Below, piece by piece: positions 11,855 to 20,760 of a stretch of 64,000 nt of DNA. Numbering within the stretch: position 1 is the first letter of the stretch; every line of letters begins with the position of its first letter. Source of the DNA: a phage. Under the pieces are notes generated by a model, which made no database searches, was not told the DNA's origin, and saw only the letters and a list, made by a program, of their open reading frames with translations. The stretch lies in assembly GCA_037431425.1 (NCBI GenBank), contig GCA_037431425.1_4129.1. The stretch is one strand, 5' to 3'. The position numbers and the translations under genes are program-made.

Positions 11855-12259
11855 ATGTTGAAAATTCCACAACAGGCATTATCTATACTAATTGAAAATG
11901 GTGTAATATTTTCTGAAGGATGTAGTTCATTCTATACATGTGATGTGGACCAGTACACATTTGAATACCGTTCATTTAAAAATACATTGAGTGTTTCGTG
12001 TGAAGCTTCTGACAACATTGTACTTGTTGTTTCTTTCTATGGTGTACCAAAATTCTTCATTGATATATATTATGATTCTTTTAAGATACAAACATACGAC
12101 CATTTTCTTGGTGAAGTGCTCTTGCAAATGCCAATTGAACATGTTACTATAAATGAAGATATGTTCTTTCAGCTATCTACGGTATATGATATGTGTGGTT
12201 TGACATTTGACAACATTAATGGTATTTTTGAAATTGCCAGAACCCTACGAGGAAGATGA
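11855..12259 (+). CDS. EE-x-FQ-x-ST motif family protein, 134 aa
   Basis: motif NEDMFFQLSTVYDMCGLTFDNI. Confidence 0.75.
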   Translation: MLKIPQQALSILIENGVIFSEGCSSFYTCDVDQYTFEYRSFKNTLSVSCEASDNIVLVVSFYGVPKFFIDIYYDSFKIQTYDHFLGEVLLQMPIEHVTINEDMFFQLSTVYDMCGLTFDNINGIFEIARTLRGR

Positions 12260-12260
12260 T

Positions 12261-12668
12261 ATGGTCAAAATTTTAAGTGACAATACAGTTGATATTGTTA
12301 TTGATGTACTTGAAAACAGTAATACATTTGAGAAGAAACACAGTACTGTATACTTCGGTAAAGATTGTTGGCTGAACTATACATCTGATAGTTCATTTAT
12401 AATTCATGTTGAAAAGGGTGATATTGGATTAACGATACATGCTTCCTATAATAAAACAATCACTGTTATTGCCAACAAGCCAAGTTCTTCTGATTTCTGG
12501 GATATTATTGATGATTGTGATCATTTCATGTCAACATTCTATAAAACAGAAGAAGAACATTTCATGGATAGTACTGTTCGAGAATTACAAATTCCATTTA
12601 AATTAATGAAAGCGGCAAGGGATTTTATTTCAAAATACAAAAAAACAGGAGTATGTGATGCAATTTAA
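12261..12668 (+). CDS. EE-x-F-x-ST motif family protein, 135 aa
   Basis: track ORF trimmed to ATG 12261, 1 nt after upstream stop; motif TEEEHFMDSTV. Confidence 0.7.
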   Translation: MVKILSDNTVDIVIDVLENSNTFEKKHSTVYFGKDCWLNYTSDSSFIIHVEKGDIGLTIHASYNKTITVIANKPSSSDFWDIIDDCDHFMSTFYKTEEEHFMDSTVRELQIPFKLMKAARDFISKYKKTGVCDAI

Positions 12669-13119
12669 TGGTAATGTTTCTAAAGTTGCTTTAGTATTTG
12701 AAAATTGTGAGTGTGTGTATATTGATGTAAAGGATGTTTTATGGATGCATATTGGTGATGAGAAGACACTTTGTAGTCGTTTTTCGAATGGACTGACAAT
12801 TAGTACTGGTATTGGTGAGTTTGGAATTGCGTTACGTAGTAATACTCCAGCGGATTTTATGGACAATACCACACTGTTGGAACGTTTAAAAATGCGTGAC
12901 GTTACACATGTTTATCTATATGATAATCAAGACGTAGAACGTCATTATGTTGTTGAATGGGCTGATTATAACATGAATGGGCAATATTCCGTAAACCAGC
13001 GTGTACAAATTACACCAGGTGGTAATATTGTATTTGTTAGTACAACAGGTAAATTAATCAACGTAGATGATAAAAATATCGATCTATTTACGTCATACGA
13101 TAGTTATAATTTGAGGTGA
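12658..13119 (+). CDS. hypothetical protein, 153 aa
   Basis: AGGAG SD 6 nt upstream of ATG 12658 (track used GTG 12655). Confidence 0.75.
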   Translation: MQFNGNVSKVALVFENCECVYIDVKDVLWMHIGDEKTLCSRFSNGLTISTGIGEFGIALRSNTPADFMDNTTLLERLKMRDVTHVYLYDNQDVERHYVVEWADYNMNGQYSVNQRVQITPGGNIVFVSTTGKLINVDDKNIDLFTSYDSYNLR

Positions 13120-13123
13120 TATT

Positions 13124-13486
13124 ATGAACTTGTGGATATTTACACTTATTTGTTGTATTACTATTGTACTTTGTCGTCTAATTCATGTATACTCATATCA
13201 TAAAGCGTTACGTATTGAGCAAGAGACTTACTTAAAAAAACAGCCACCGAAGAAGTTACCATCACCGTATGGGTTGAAACGTGAAATGCACTCCAAAAGC
13301 AAAGAGTGGGGATATGCAATCACAAAAAATGGGTATATTTACACAGCGAGTAATGGTTATTTTCAAATTCACCACAAATTAGAGGTAGCAGTTAAGATTT
13401 TGTGGGAAATGGAGGATATTGGTGGTTATGAGCGTACTAAGTTTGAATACATATCAGATGATCCAGGAACTTCGCGAGAAACATGA
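13124..13486 (+). CDS. membrane-anchored protein, 120 aa
   Basis: GAGGTGA SD; N-terminal TM (LWIFTLICCITIVLC). Confidence 0.75.
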   Translation: MNLWIFTLICCITIVLCRLIHVYSYHKALRIEQETYLKKQPPKKLPSPYGLKREMHSKSKEWGYAITKNGYIYTASNGYFQIHHKLEVAVKILWEMEDIGGYERTKFEYISDDPGTSRET

Positions 13487-13520
13487 TATAATTATCGATG
13501 TTGAGAAGAAGGAAGTTGTT

Positions 13521-13631
13521 ATGAAAAAGCAAGAATATCGCATATTAGATAACTTCCGTCTAAAATCATTTATAATGAAGTTCTGTACAGATGAACATCT
13601 TACTGGACGAGCAATACGTAAGGAGTTGTAA
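13521..13631 (+). CDS. possible small protein, 36 aa
   Basis: AAGGAAG SD before ATG 13521; the longer track ORF overlaps the previous gene. Confidence 0.35.
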   Translation: MKKQEYRILDNFRLKSFIMKFCTDEHLTGRAIRKEL

Positions 13632-13632
13632 A

Positions 13633-13974
13633 ATGAACTTAAGTTCAACAATTCAGTTTTTGAGCAATAACTTTGATAGGATCATATCTCGCGGTGGGAT
13701 GATTGTACATCCAGATACAGACGAAATGTATATCATTGGATTTGATAAAAATTCTTATGATCAAGTGCTTGTAATTTCAAAGTTAGAAAGTTATAATGAA
13801 GTCGTTCAGTTTTGTTGTACCGAATTTGGTATATACATTAAAGATGCTGAAACAAATACGATTTCACATTATTTTTATCACACACTGATGGGTACTAAAG
13901 ACTTCGGATTAAAGTTTGATGATTTAGTACAATGTCATTATATGTTTAAAACCTTCCCTGTTAGTGGACACTAA
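13633..13974 (+). CDS. hypothetical protein, 113 aa (distant EE-FQ family?)
   Basis: AAGGAG SD before ATG 13633; C-terminal GLKFDDL resembles the family tail. Confidence 0.65.
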   Translation: MNLSSTIQFLSNNFDRIISRGGMIVHPDTDEMYIIGFDKNSYDQVLVISKLESYNEVVQFCCTEFGIYIKDAETNTISHYFYHTLMGTKDFGLKFDDLVQCHYMFKTFPVSGH

Positions 13975-13988
13975 GGAGTGTATCAAAT

Positions 13989-14774
13989 ATGAACAACATT
14001 TTCTTCAAAACTATTTCTTTCAAAAAAGAATCTTACTCATATTCCTATGTTGATGGTAATGTGCTTAATATTGTTCTGAATGGGGTAGATGTTCCTGTGA
14101 AATTCGACTCACATGAAGAAGCAGTCGATGGGGCAAAAGAATTGAATTCAATTCTCAATGGTGAAGATAGTCAAAAACAAAAGGTAAAATCCGATTTAGA
14201 TGCACTTTTGGAAAAAATCAAAAGTGGTGAAGTTCTTGAAATTTTAGAAAACTGTAATGAAAAACTACGTAAAGTAGTCAATGATGTTCATGACCAGATT
14301 CAAGAAAAAGCACTAGACCAAGCCTTTAAACATGTATCTAAAAAAGCTGAATCACGTATTGATAATATGGTCAAAAACATTGATGATGTACTTTCACATC
14401 TCTTTACCAAAGAATACGAATGTAACACAGACGAGCCAGTTACTGAATCTAAAAAAGAAAAACGCAACTTTGGTTCAAGTGATGATGTATTTGGTTTTTC
14501 TAATGTACGAACAAGTGCAGATGAACCAAAGGAAATCAGTGAGATGCTCATTGGTGACATGACAACAAAACAACTTCGTAATGAAATTGACAAGTTTGTT
14601 ACTACATCTATCAAATCTGAACGTGCACAAAATATGTTCAAAAGTATCAGTGCTAATTTTGGTACTGAAGCCACCGAACAAGCACTAAATGCATTTAAAG
14701 AATTGATTTATAATGTTGCCATTCGCAATCCAGAAAAAACACTCGAAGAAGTCCTACGAGAAAATTTCAAATAA
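13989..14774 (+). CDS. charged helical protein, 261 aa
   Basis: AAGGAG SD; K/E/D-rich; followed by bidirectional terminator. Confidence 0.8.
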   Translation: MNNIFFKTISFKKESYSYSYVDGNVLNIVLNGVDVPVKFDSHEEAVDGAKELNSILNGEDSQKQKVKSDLDALLEKIKSGEVLEILENCNEKLRKVVNDVHDQIQEKALDQAFKHVSKKAESRIDNMVKNIDDVLSHLFTKEYECNTDEPVTESKKEKRNFGSSDDVFGFSNVRTSADEPKEISEMLIGDMTTKQLRNEIDKFVTTSIKSERAQNMFKSISANFGTEATEQALNAFKELIYNVAIRNPEKTLEEVLRENFK

Positions 14775-14787
14775 TTAGATAAAAGTA

Positions 14788-14816
14788 AAGCCACTACTTT
14801 CGTAGTGGCTTTTTTA
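14788..14816. terminator. bidirectional rho-independent terminator between convergent genes
   Basis: AAAGCCACTAC-TTTC-GTAGTGGCTTT flanked by an A-run and a T-run. Confidence 0.8.
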
Positions 14817-15971
14817 TTATGCGTTATAACCAACAATAACGACAGTACAATCAATTGGATTTACTACTTTAACAGTTACGTTATCATCTTCATCAAACTG
14901 TATTTCGCTATGAACTACCTGTTTGGTTGAAGAATACAATTGAACTTGTGGTAATACTTTACCATGTTCAGTAACTGGAATAGATAGTGAATACATAGAG
15001 TCTTCATCTTCTACCCAATCACTCTCCACATATTCCTTATGGAATGGGGTGGTGTGTAGTGTTTTGCCCATAATACGCAAAGACACAGGCGAATTATCGC
15101 TTTGGTTCACTGTAATATCACCTTTATCATCAACAGACATATCAACACCTATTTGGTGTAAATCATCGCTATATGCTTGGAGAACTAATTTATTACCACG
15201 TTTATGAACATCATATGGTACGACCGCAGAAAAAACTCCATCACCTGATGGTTGGAATTGCGTCAATTGAACCGGAGTAACATAATCAACATCCTCGCCG
15301 TGTTCTTGAACATCAAATTCAACAACTTTAGTGTTATAATATGGGGAAGTTAATGTGGCAGTACCTTTGCCTTTTTGTTGAATAGCATCTACTTGAATCG
15401 TAAACTCATCATCAACAATTTGTTTAGTGACGTATTCTTTCCCTTCTGGTAATACAAATTTAATTTCCATGCCATTGGTATCAATTTCAGAACCAGCATT
15501 GAATAGTTTACCACTAATTGATTTATCACCAACAAATACTGGTGAAATAATAATATTATCAATATCCCTATCAATAATACTACATTCTGGGGTATACATA
15601 TTATAAAGAGATTTTGAATTTCCTAAAATAGTTTTGTGTAGTAGGAATTTATAAACAAATCCAGTATCTGCCTCTTGCTGCTCATTAGTGTGTCCACGAA
15701 CAAAGAAACTGTTTCTATTAATTTCACTTAATAGTTCATCATTAGATTTACTATAATTTAGCAGATAACCTTTATTATCTTTAGTTGTTAGTTGGACTTT
15801 ACGGTAAATTATATTAGTTCTTGGGTCAACCAAATCATATAATTTGTGACTTCTCTGACGATAGATTCTAATATTTTTAAGTTTAGTTCCGTCATTAAGT
15901 ATCGCTCCATCAACGACATAACCACATTCGCCAAACTTGTATCTACCTGCTGACGCTATAGACCTTGACAT
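14817..15971 (-). CDS. hypothetical protein, 384 aa (beta-rich, possibly structural)
   Basis: lone minus-strand gene in a plus-strand block; AAGGAAGG SD; own upstream TATAAT. Confidence 0.8.
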   Translation of the reverse strand: MSRSIASAGRYKFGECGYVVDGAILNDGTKLKNIRIYRQRSHKLYDLVDPRTNIIYRKVQLTTKDNKGYLLNYSKSNDELLSEINRNSFFVRGHTNEQQEADTGFVYKFLLHKTILGNSKSLYNMYTPECSIIDRDIDNIIISPVFVGDKSISGKLFNAGSEIDTNGMEIKFVLPEGKEYVTKQIVDDEFTIQVDAIQQKGKGTATLTSPYYNTKVVEFDVQEHGEDVDYVTPVQLTQFQPSGDGVFSAVVPYDVHKRGNKLVLQAYSDDLHQIGVDMSVDDKGDITVNQSDNSPVSLRIMGKTLHTTPFHKEYVESDWVEDEDSMYSLSIPVTEHGKVLPQVQLYSSTKQVVHSEIQFDEDDNVTVKVVNPIDCTVVIVGYNA

Positions 15972-16029
15972 TTATCCTTCCTTTGTTATAATTATTATAA
16001 CATATTTATTGTATAGATTAAAAAAATGA

Positions 16030-16058
16030 TTGACACGTGTAAGAAAAACTGATACTAT
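16030..16058 (+). promoter_or_regulatory. promoter TTGACA-N17-TACTAT
   Basis: read directly in divergent intergenic region. Confidence 0.55.
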
Positions 16059-16088
16059 AACATTTAATTATTAAGTGAGGATTTTTGT

Positions 16089-16673
16089 ATGAATGTTATT
16101 GAAGATAGATTAGTACTGAAAAATGGAAAAATGACTGTTAAGTTATATAAAGACGAAGCTGATTCATTCATGGCAAAAGCTATTGAAAAATCAGAACGAT
16201 ATAAATTATTAGCACCTGCTAGTAAATCACCGTATGGTTTTAATCATGCCCATAGTCATTTTGTAGGAATGGTTTGTGAACATGCATCTTTAGTTCTTTT
16301 TAATGAAATTGAAAATAATACTGGTATTAAACTTAATATTGATCCTGCATTTCAAAATGATGCACGCGATGGGGAGTGTGATATTAAGGTAAACAACCTT
16401 CGTATAGAAGTAAAAGGTATTAAGTATAAATCATGGACCGACTTTGGACCGTGTGTCAGCACTCGACAGTTGAAAAATATCCAAAAAAAAGCTGACGTAA
16501 TACTATGGGTATTGTATAATGAGAAAAAACAAGAGTTCACGTTTGAGGGTTTCAACTATGTGAAAGATATTAGTTCTATCCCAGTTGTGCTCACGGGTGT
16601 CCCAGGGCGACCAATGATTGAAAATCATCCAGTACTGAGTATTATCAAACCACTTCAGGAGTTACCGTTATGA
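16089..16673 (+). CDS. PD-(D/E)XK-type nuclease-like protein, 194 aa
   Basis: GECDIKVNNLRIEVKG matches the D..(D/E)xK restriction-endonuclease-fold signature; motif level only. Confidence 0.55.
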   Translation: MNVIEDRLVLKNGKMTVKLYKDEADSFMAKAIEKSERYKLLAPASKSPYGFNHAHSHFVGMVCEHASLVLFNEIENNTGIKLNIDPAFQNDARDGECDIKVNNLRIEVKGIKYKSWTDFGPCVSTRQLKNIQKKADVILWVLYNEKKQEFTFEGFNYVKDISSIPVVLTGVPGRPMIENHPVLSIIKPLQELPL

Positions 16674-16897
16674 TTACAGCCACTGTATACCAAGATATCA
16701 ATGAAGAGTTTAATTCCAAAATTGCATTTTTACAATTCCCAGTTATCCCACCAGTTGGGGCAACATTAAATCTAACCATTTGTGGGTTTGAAAAATATTA
16801 CGAAATTCTAGATATTGAGTACTGTGCTGATGTGTATTCATGTAATAGTGAATTTGCCATTCCGGTATCAATCGATATTATCGTTAAAGAGGTTTAA
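16670..16897 (+). CDS. hypothetical protein, 75 aa
   Basis: ATGA coupling. Confidence 0.65.
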   Translation: MITATVYQDINEEFNSKIAFLQFPVIPPVGATLNLTICGFEKYYEILDIEYCADVYSCNSEFAIPVSIDIIVKEV

Positions 16898-16900
16898 AAT

Positions 16901-17356
16901 ATGTTTAAAAATTTTATTGTTATTGTAGCAGTACTGTTTGGTGCATCATGTTTTATTACACCAGTACATGCAGAAGAACAACGTCAAACTATTAAAACTA
17001 TTGGTACTGGTAAAACACCACCTAAACGTACTGCGGAAGAATACATGCCGGAAATCCGTGAGCGTTATCGCCAGACATACAGGGAAAAACATGCAAATGA
17101 CAAACCAATCAAAAAGCACAAATGGGAAGTAGTTAAATCCCCTTCATTTTGTGCTGGTTATGCGAAGGTAAAGGTTGAACAACACAACAACCAGTACTAT
17201 AAGGATATGTATTACTTCTATGACTCCAGAATTTCTGACACTGATTTGATGGCAGGGAAGGTTGATAAAGAAGAATTTCTTCAAGGTTATGATATGATGG
17301 ACGATGCTAAGATCATGGAGTGTGTAGATGTGTATGAAAAATATAGAGGGTTCTAA
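16901..17356 (+). CDS. secreted protein, 151 aa
   Basis: signal-peptide-like N-terminus (FIVIVAVLFGASCFITPVHA/EE). Confidence 0.75.
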   Translation: MFKNFIVIVAVLFGASCFITPVHAEEQRQTIKTIGTGKTPPKRTAEEYMPEIRERYRQTYREKHANDKPIKKHKWEVVKSPSFCAGYAKVKVEQHNNQYYKDMYYFYDSRISDTDLMAGKVDKEEFLQGYDMMDDAKIMECVDVYEKYRGF

Positions 17357-17817
17357 TGATACTACTAGTATTATTATCAAGCCCGTTTGCTTATTTTATT
17401 CTGTATAATATTTTTAGTAATGCTCATCATTTTAAATACGCACAAACAATTGCAAAACATGAAGGATGGTGGCATTTTTTTCCAGCACTACTGTGTTCAT
17501 ATATGTTCAATGAACGCTATTTTATTTTTCCAGAATATACAAAGTACTATTATGATACTAAAATAAATGGCATAATTGAGTACTGTCTACGTAATTATCT
17601 GAACAATACAGATAATGTTAAAGTGAATTTATTAAATGGAAATTCACCAAGAATAGTCTTTACATCTTACATAGAAGACCCCATTTACTTATATCTATAT
17701 GATTATAGTATTTCGGTTCGTTGTTCTATGCGTAGTAGTTGTGAGTACTTTATCTTACTACCTACACAAATAAGATTAATAGAAAAATACTTGAAATTGA
17801 TTGACAAAAAAGATTAG
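17356..17817 (+). CDS. membrane-anchored protein, 153 aa
   Basis: TAATG coupling; N-terminal TM. Confidence 0.7.
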   Translation: MILLVLLSSPFAYFILYNIFSNAHHFKYAQTIAKHEGWWHFFPALLCSYMFNERYFIFPEYTKYYYDTKINGIIEYCLRNYLNNTDNVKVNLLNGNSPRIVFTSYIEDPIYLYLYDYSISVRCSMRSSCEYFILLPTQIRLIEKYLKLIDKKD

Positions 17818-17829
17818 TAGGGTTATAAT
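17801..17829 (+). promoter_or_regulatory. promoter TTGACA-N17-TATAAT
   Basis: consensus hexamers overlapping the end of the upstream CDS. Confidence 0.6.
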
Positions 17830-17861
17830 CATAAGACTAACCGACAAAAGAGGAACTGAAA

Positions 17862-18320
17862 ATGGACGTATTGGCTACCAATTTCAAACGTAACACAGAA
17901 GAGCGTGAAGGATACCTTAGTATTAGCGATGTAGTTGATGATAACTTCAAACAATACATTTTTAATAGTGCGATTAAGTTAAAATGCACAAAGGATGCAC
18001 CAGACCGTAGTTTTACTAAATGGATTGCATATTGGGAAGATTCACCAATTGCAATTGAAATGACAGTTATTACAACAGTTCTGGAAACGGGATATATCAA
18101 AGCTATTGTAGTTGATAAGAAAGTCAGATCTCTTGATGAAATTAACCCATATCCAGCCCGAAATTCTAAAGTTTTTGGGTTTTTGGTTGAAGGTAAGTTT
18201 ATGATTGAAAAAGATGCAAAAGAATATGTAATTAATATGCTACAAACACCAACCGAGAAAAAAAAGGTCGTTGACCAGAATGCTATTGATTCCATCAAGA
18301 AAGCATGGGGACTTAAGTAA
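17862..18320 (+). CDS. hypothetical protein, 152 aa
   Basis: AGAGGA SD; the mirror ORF on the minus strand is rejected. Confidence 0.75.
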   Translation: MDVLATNFKRNTEEREGYLSISDVVDDNFKQYIFNSAIKLKCTKDAPDRSFTKWIAYWEDSPIAIEMTVITTVLETGYIKAIVVDKKVRSLDEINPYPARNSKVFGFLVEGKFMIEKDAKEYVINMLQTPTEKKKVVDQNAIDSIKKAWGLK

Positions 18321-18321
18321 C

Positions 18322-18744
18322 ATGTTCACACTAAGTAATACAAAATATCTTTTTCTTATTAGTATTATTGGTTGGGTTATGGCTCCAGTGCTTAATGCAC
18401 TGGGGATTCCAGAGGAACACAAACTTGTCAATATTTCAGGTTTAATCCAAGCTATTTCGTGGTATTCATTAATCATATTTTTTGTGTGTATTAACACATT
18501 TGCACGCGAGTATCGACGCTTACTTTATTTTAAAGTTTTCGGAACCACATACTATAGTTTTCTTTATACATTTATTTTAGTTCCATGTGTAGTATATGCC
18601 TTTGTTTTTGATTACTATACATATATGTGGGTGTGTAGTACAATGTTTGTTATGTTAGAATATACAAGAACTATTCAAAACTCATATGCAGAAGAGTTTC
18701 ATGATCAAGAAGTCAAACGCAAATTAACGGAGCTAAACAAATGA
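18322..18744 (+). CDS. polytopic membrane protein, 140 aa
   Basis: track ORF trimmed to ATG 18322; several hydrophobic helices. Confidence 0.7.
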   Translation: MFTLSNTKYLFLISIIGWVMAPVLNALGIPEEHKLVNISGLIQAISWYSLIIFFVCINTFAREYRRLLYFKVFGTTYYSFLYTFILVPCVVYAFVFDYYTYMWVCSTMFVMLEYTRTIQNSYAEEFHDQEVKRKLTELNK

Positions 18745-19166
18745 GAGTATATAATAAAATTTGTATTTTTGTATTTTTAGTTTGTGCGTTCAATTCCTTT
18801 GGCTACTACTGCAACGAAAACAATATTTCATATGGATTAAATCCTTTGTGGTTTTCAATTTCAAATGTAGCTCAAACTGGTATTGCTATTATGTCTGCCC
18901 TTATGTTCTTTCCAATAGTTACGATGGATACTGATTATGAAAGGCTTGGATTTATCCGTGATACTGGTGACGAACCTTACAGTAGATTGATTGTGTTGTA
19001 TCCATTTATTGTTATATTAGGTACTAATATCCAACTTGGGTCTTTATCTAATAGTCTTACTTCAGCAGTCATTACCATCTTTGCATTCATATTTTTTATG
19101 GTACACAAATCAGTACTTAAATGGCACATCACTCAATTGGCAGAGAAGGGTACAGAAATCAGTTGA
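18741..19166 (+). CDS. polytopic membrane protein, 141 aa
   Basis: ATGA coupling; hydrophobic helices. Confidence 0.7.
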   Translation: MRVYNKICIFVFLVCAFNSFGYYCNENNISYGLNPLWFSISNVAQTGIAIMSALMFFPIVTMDTDYERLGFIRDTGDEPYSRLIVLYPFIVILGTNIQLGSLSNSLTSAVITIFAFIFFMVHKSVLKWHITQLAEKGTEIS

Positions 19167-19191
19167 CGTGATGTATCGAGTCATATATAAT
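19163..19191 (+). promoter_or_regulatory. promoter TTGACG-N17-TATAAT
   Basis: upstream stop TGA sits inside the -35. Confidence 0.6.
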
Positions 19192-19225
19192 TATTACATC
19201 AAAACGATCAAATGGTAAGGAACTT

Positions 19226-19477
19226 ATGAACATTGATAAGGTCAAAGAACTTAGTGCAGCACTAATTAAGAACGAAGAAGTATGTGAAGAACTTCGCAGT
19301 ACTATCAAAGTGGAGTATGCACGTCTTCAAGCTATGCTTCAGGAGTCAGAATGGGTTGTAACGAAATCTATCGAATCCATCTATAAGGATATCGAATCTC
19401 TTTTTAACAAGAAAAGTAAAATCGAATCTGATTCATATAACAAACGCAAAGAATTAAATTCAGTACTTGGAATCTAA
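19226..19477 (+). CDS. coiled-coil-like protein, 83 aa
   Basis: AAGGA SD. Confidence 0.7.
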   Translation: MNIDKVKELSAALIKNEEVCEELRSTIKVEYARLQAMLQESEWVVTKSIESIYKDIESLFNKKSKIESDSYNKRKELNSVLGI

Positions 19478-19487
19478 AAAAAAGTAT

Positions 19488-19516
19488 TTGACATAAAACA
19501 AAATATGGAGTACAGT
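19488..19516 (+). promoter_or_regulatory. promoter TTGACA-N17-TACAGT
   Basis: overlaps hairpin ATATGGAG..CTCCATAT. Confidence 0.4.
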
Positions 19517-19554
19517 GTGCTCCATATTTAATTATAAGATAAAAGGAAACCGTT

Positions 19555-19824
19555 ATGAAATCTATTCTCGTTGCAGTTAACCAGATTGCTTCTCCATCTT
19601 TCAACTTCAAACAAGCTGTTGCTGATAAATTGAAGAAAATCTGCCCCAACGCTGAATTAACGTTCTGTGTGTTTGATTCTGAAAAAGTATCAACGGTTGA
19701 TCTAAACTATATCATCAACGACATTAAAAGCATTTCAGGCGAAAGTAATTTAAACTTACTAAATGAGATTGCTGATGATTATGATCATACACTAGTAATT
19801 TCGGAGAAATATTCAATCAAATGA
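19555..19824 (+). CDS. hypothetical protein, 89 aa
   Basis: AAGGA SD. Confidence 0.7.
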   Translation: MKSILVAVNQIASPSFNFKQAVADKLKKICPNAELTFCVFDSEKVSTVDLNYIINDIKSISGESNLNLLNEIADDYDHTLVISEKYSIK

Positions 19825-20240
19825 TTAGATTACTTCAGTACTTAATCATTAAATTTTTTGGCTGTCATACAATTGAAGGAAAAGCTACACTTGCACATAA
19901 AATTTTTGTAGCATTGTGTACAGGTGATTATGACGTATTGAATAAGTACTGTAAATCTCAAGCATGTATTGATATAATGGCACTTCGTATCTATGAGTGT
20001 CAATTCAATAGATATAATTTTTACCAGTACAGATATGATAAACAAGAATTTGATAGTTTTGGAATGTTAAAAAATTTATGCAACAATAAAAAGAATATGC
20101 ATATATCTGAATTTATTGCTTTGTATTTTTATTTAAAAAGTTCATTGTTCATGAACACGAGTCAACTTTTTGATACTAGATTTAATGCATTCAAAGGTGA
20201 AGAATTTTACATATATAATAAATTCTTAGATAAGGTTTAA
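19821..20240 (+). CDS. hypothetical protein, 139 aa
   Basis: ATGA coupling. Confidence 0.7.
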   Translation: MIRLLQYLIIKFFGCHTIEGKATLAHKIFVALCTGDYDVLNKYCKSQACIDIMALRIYECQFNRYNFYQYRYDKQEFDSFGMLKNLCNNKKNMHISEFIALYFYLKSSLFMNTSQLFDTRFNAFKGEEFYIYNKFLDKV

Positions 20241-20241
20241 T

Positions 20242-20739
20242 ATGACAACAGTTTACATTGATAAACGATTAAATTTATTGATTACTGATTCTAGAGTTAC
20301 ATTAACCATACCACGAAACTTATTTGGTATTTTCCCACTAAAACCAAAATATCAATATGAAGTTGTTAATCAAAAAACTTTATATGTACATGACCGTTTA
20401 TTCAGTGCTAGTGGGACAATAAGTGAAATTGATAAAGTACTGAATTGGTTAATTAACAAAGAACCTGTTATACCGCACAAAAAACTAGGTTGTCATTGTG
20501 TTCTACTATCCAAAGATTATATCATTCACATGAATATATCTAATGGTAAGTTCACTAAGAAACTTCAATATCTTCATGAAGACTATACATTCTTTATGGG
20601 AAGTGGTGGAGAGTATATGGTAGATGCAGCAATACATGAAGACACTACGACTTTATGTAATAAAGTTTTTAGTACATTCATGGACGTTCATAACCATGAT
20701 TCTTTTACAGATAGTAATATTAATGTGTATAAATTTTAA
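20242..20739 (+). CDS. HslV/proteasome-beta-like Ntn-hydrolase (Thr protease), 165 aa
   Basis: MTT N-terminus (Thr nucleophile after Met removal); KTLYVHDRLFSASGT aligns with HslV KVRRLYNDKVIAGFAGGT; FMGSGGEYMVDAA aligns with IGSGGPYAQAAA. Confidence 0.6.
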   Translation: MTTVYIDKRLNLLITDSRVTLTIPRNLFGIFPLKPKYQYEVVNQKTLYVHDRLFSASGTISEIDKVLNWLINKEPVIPHKKLGCHCVLLSKDYIIHMNISNGKFTKKLQYLHEDYTFFMGSGGEYMVDAAIHEDTTTLCNKVFSTFMDVHNHDSFTDSNINVYKF

Positions 20740-20760
20740 TTTCGTCAATAGGAGAAGTAG

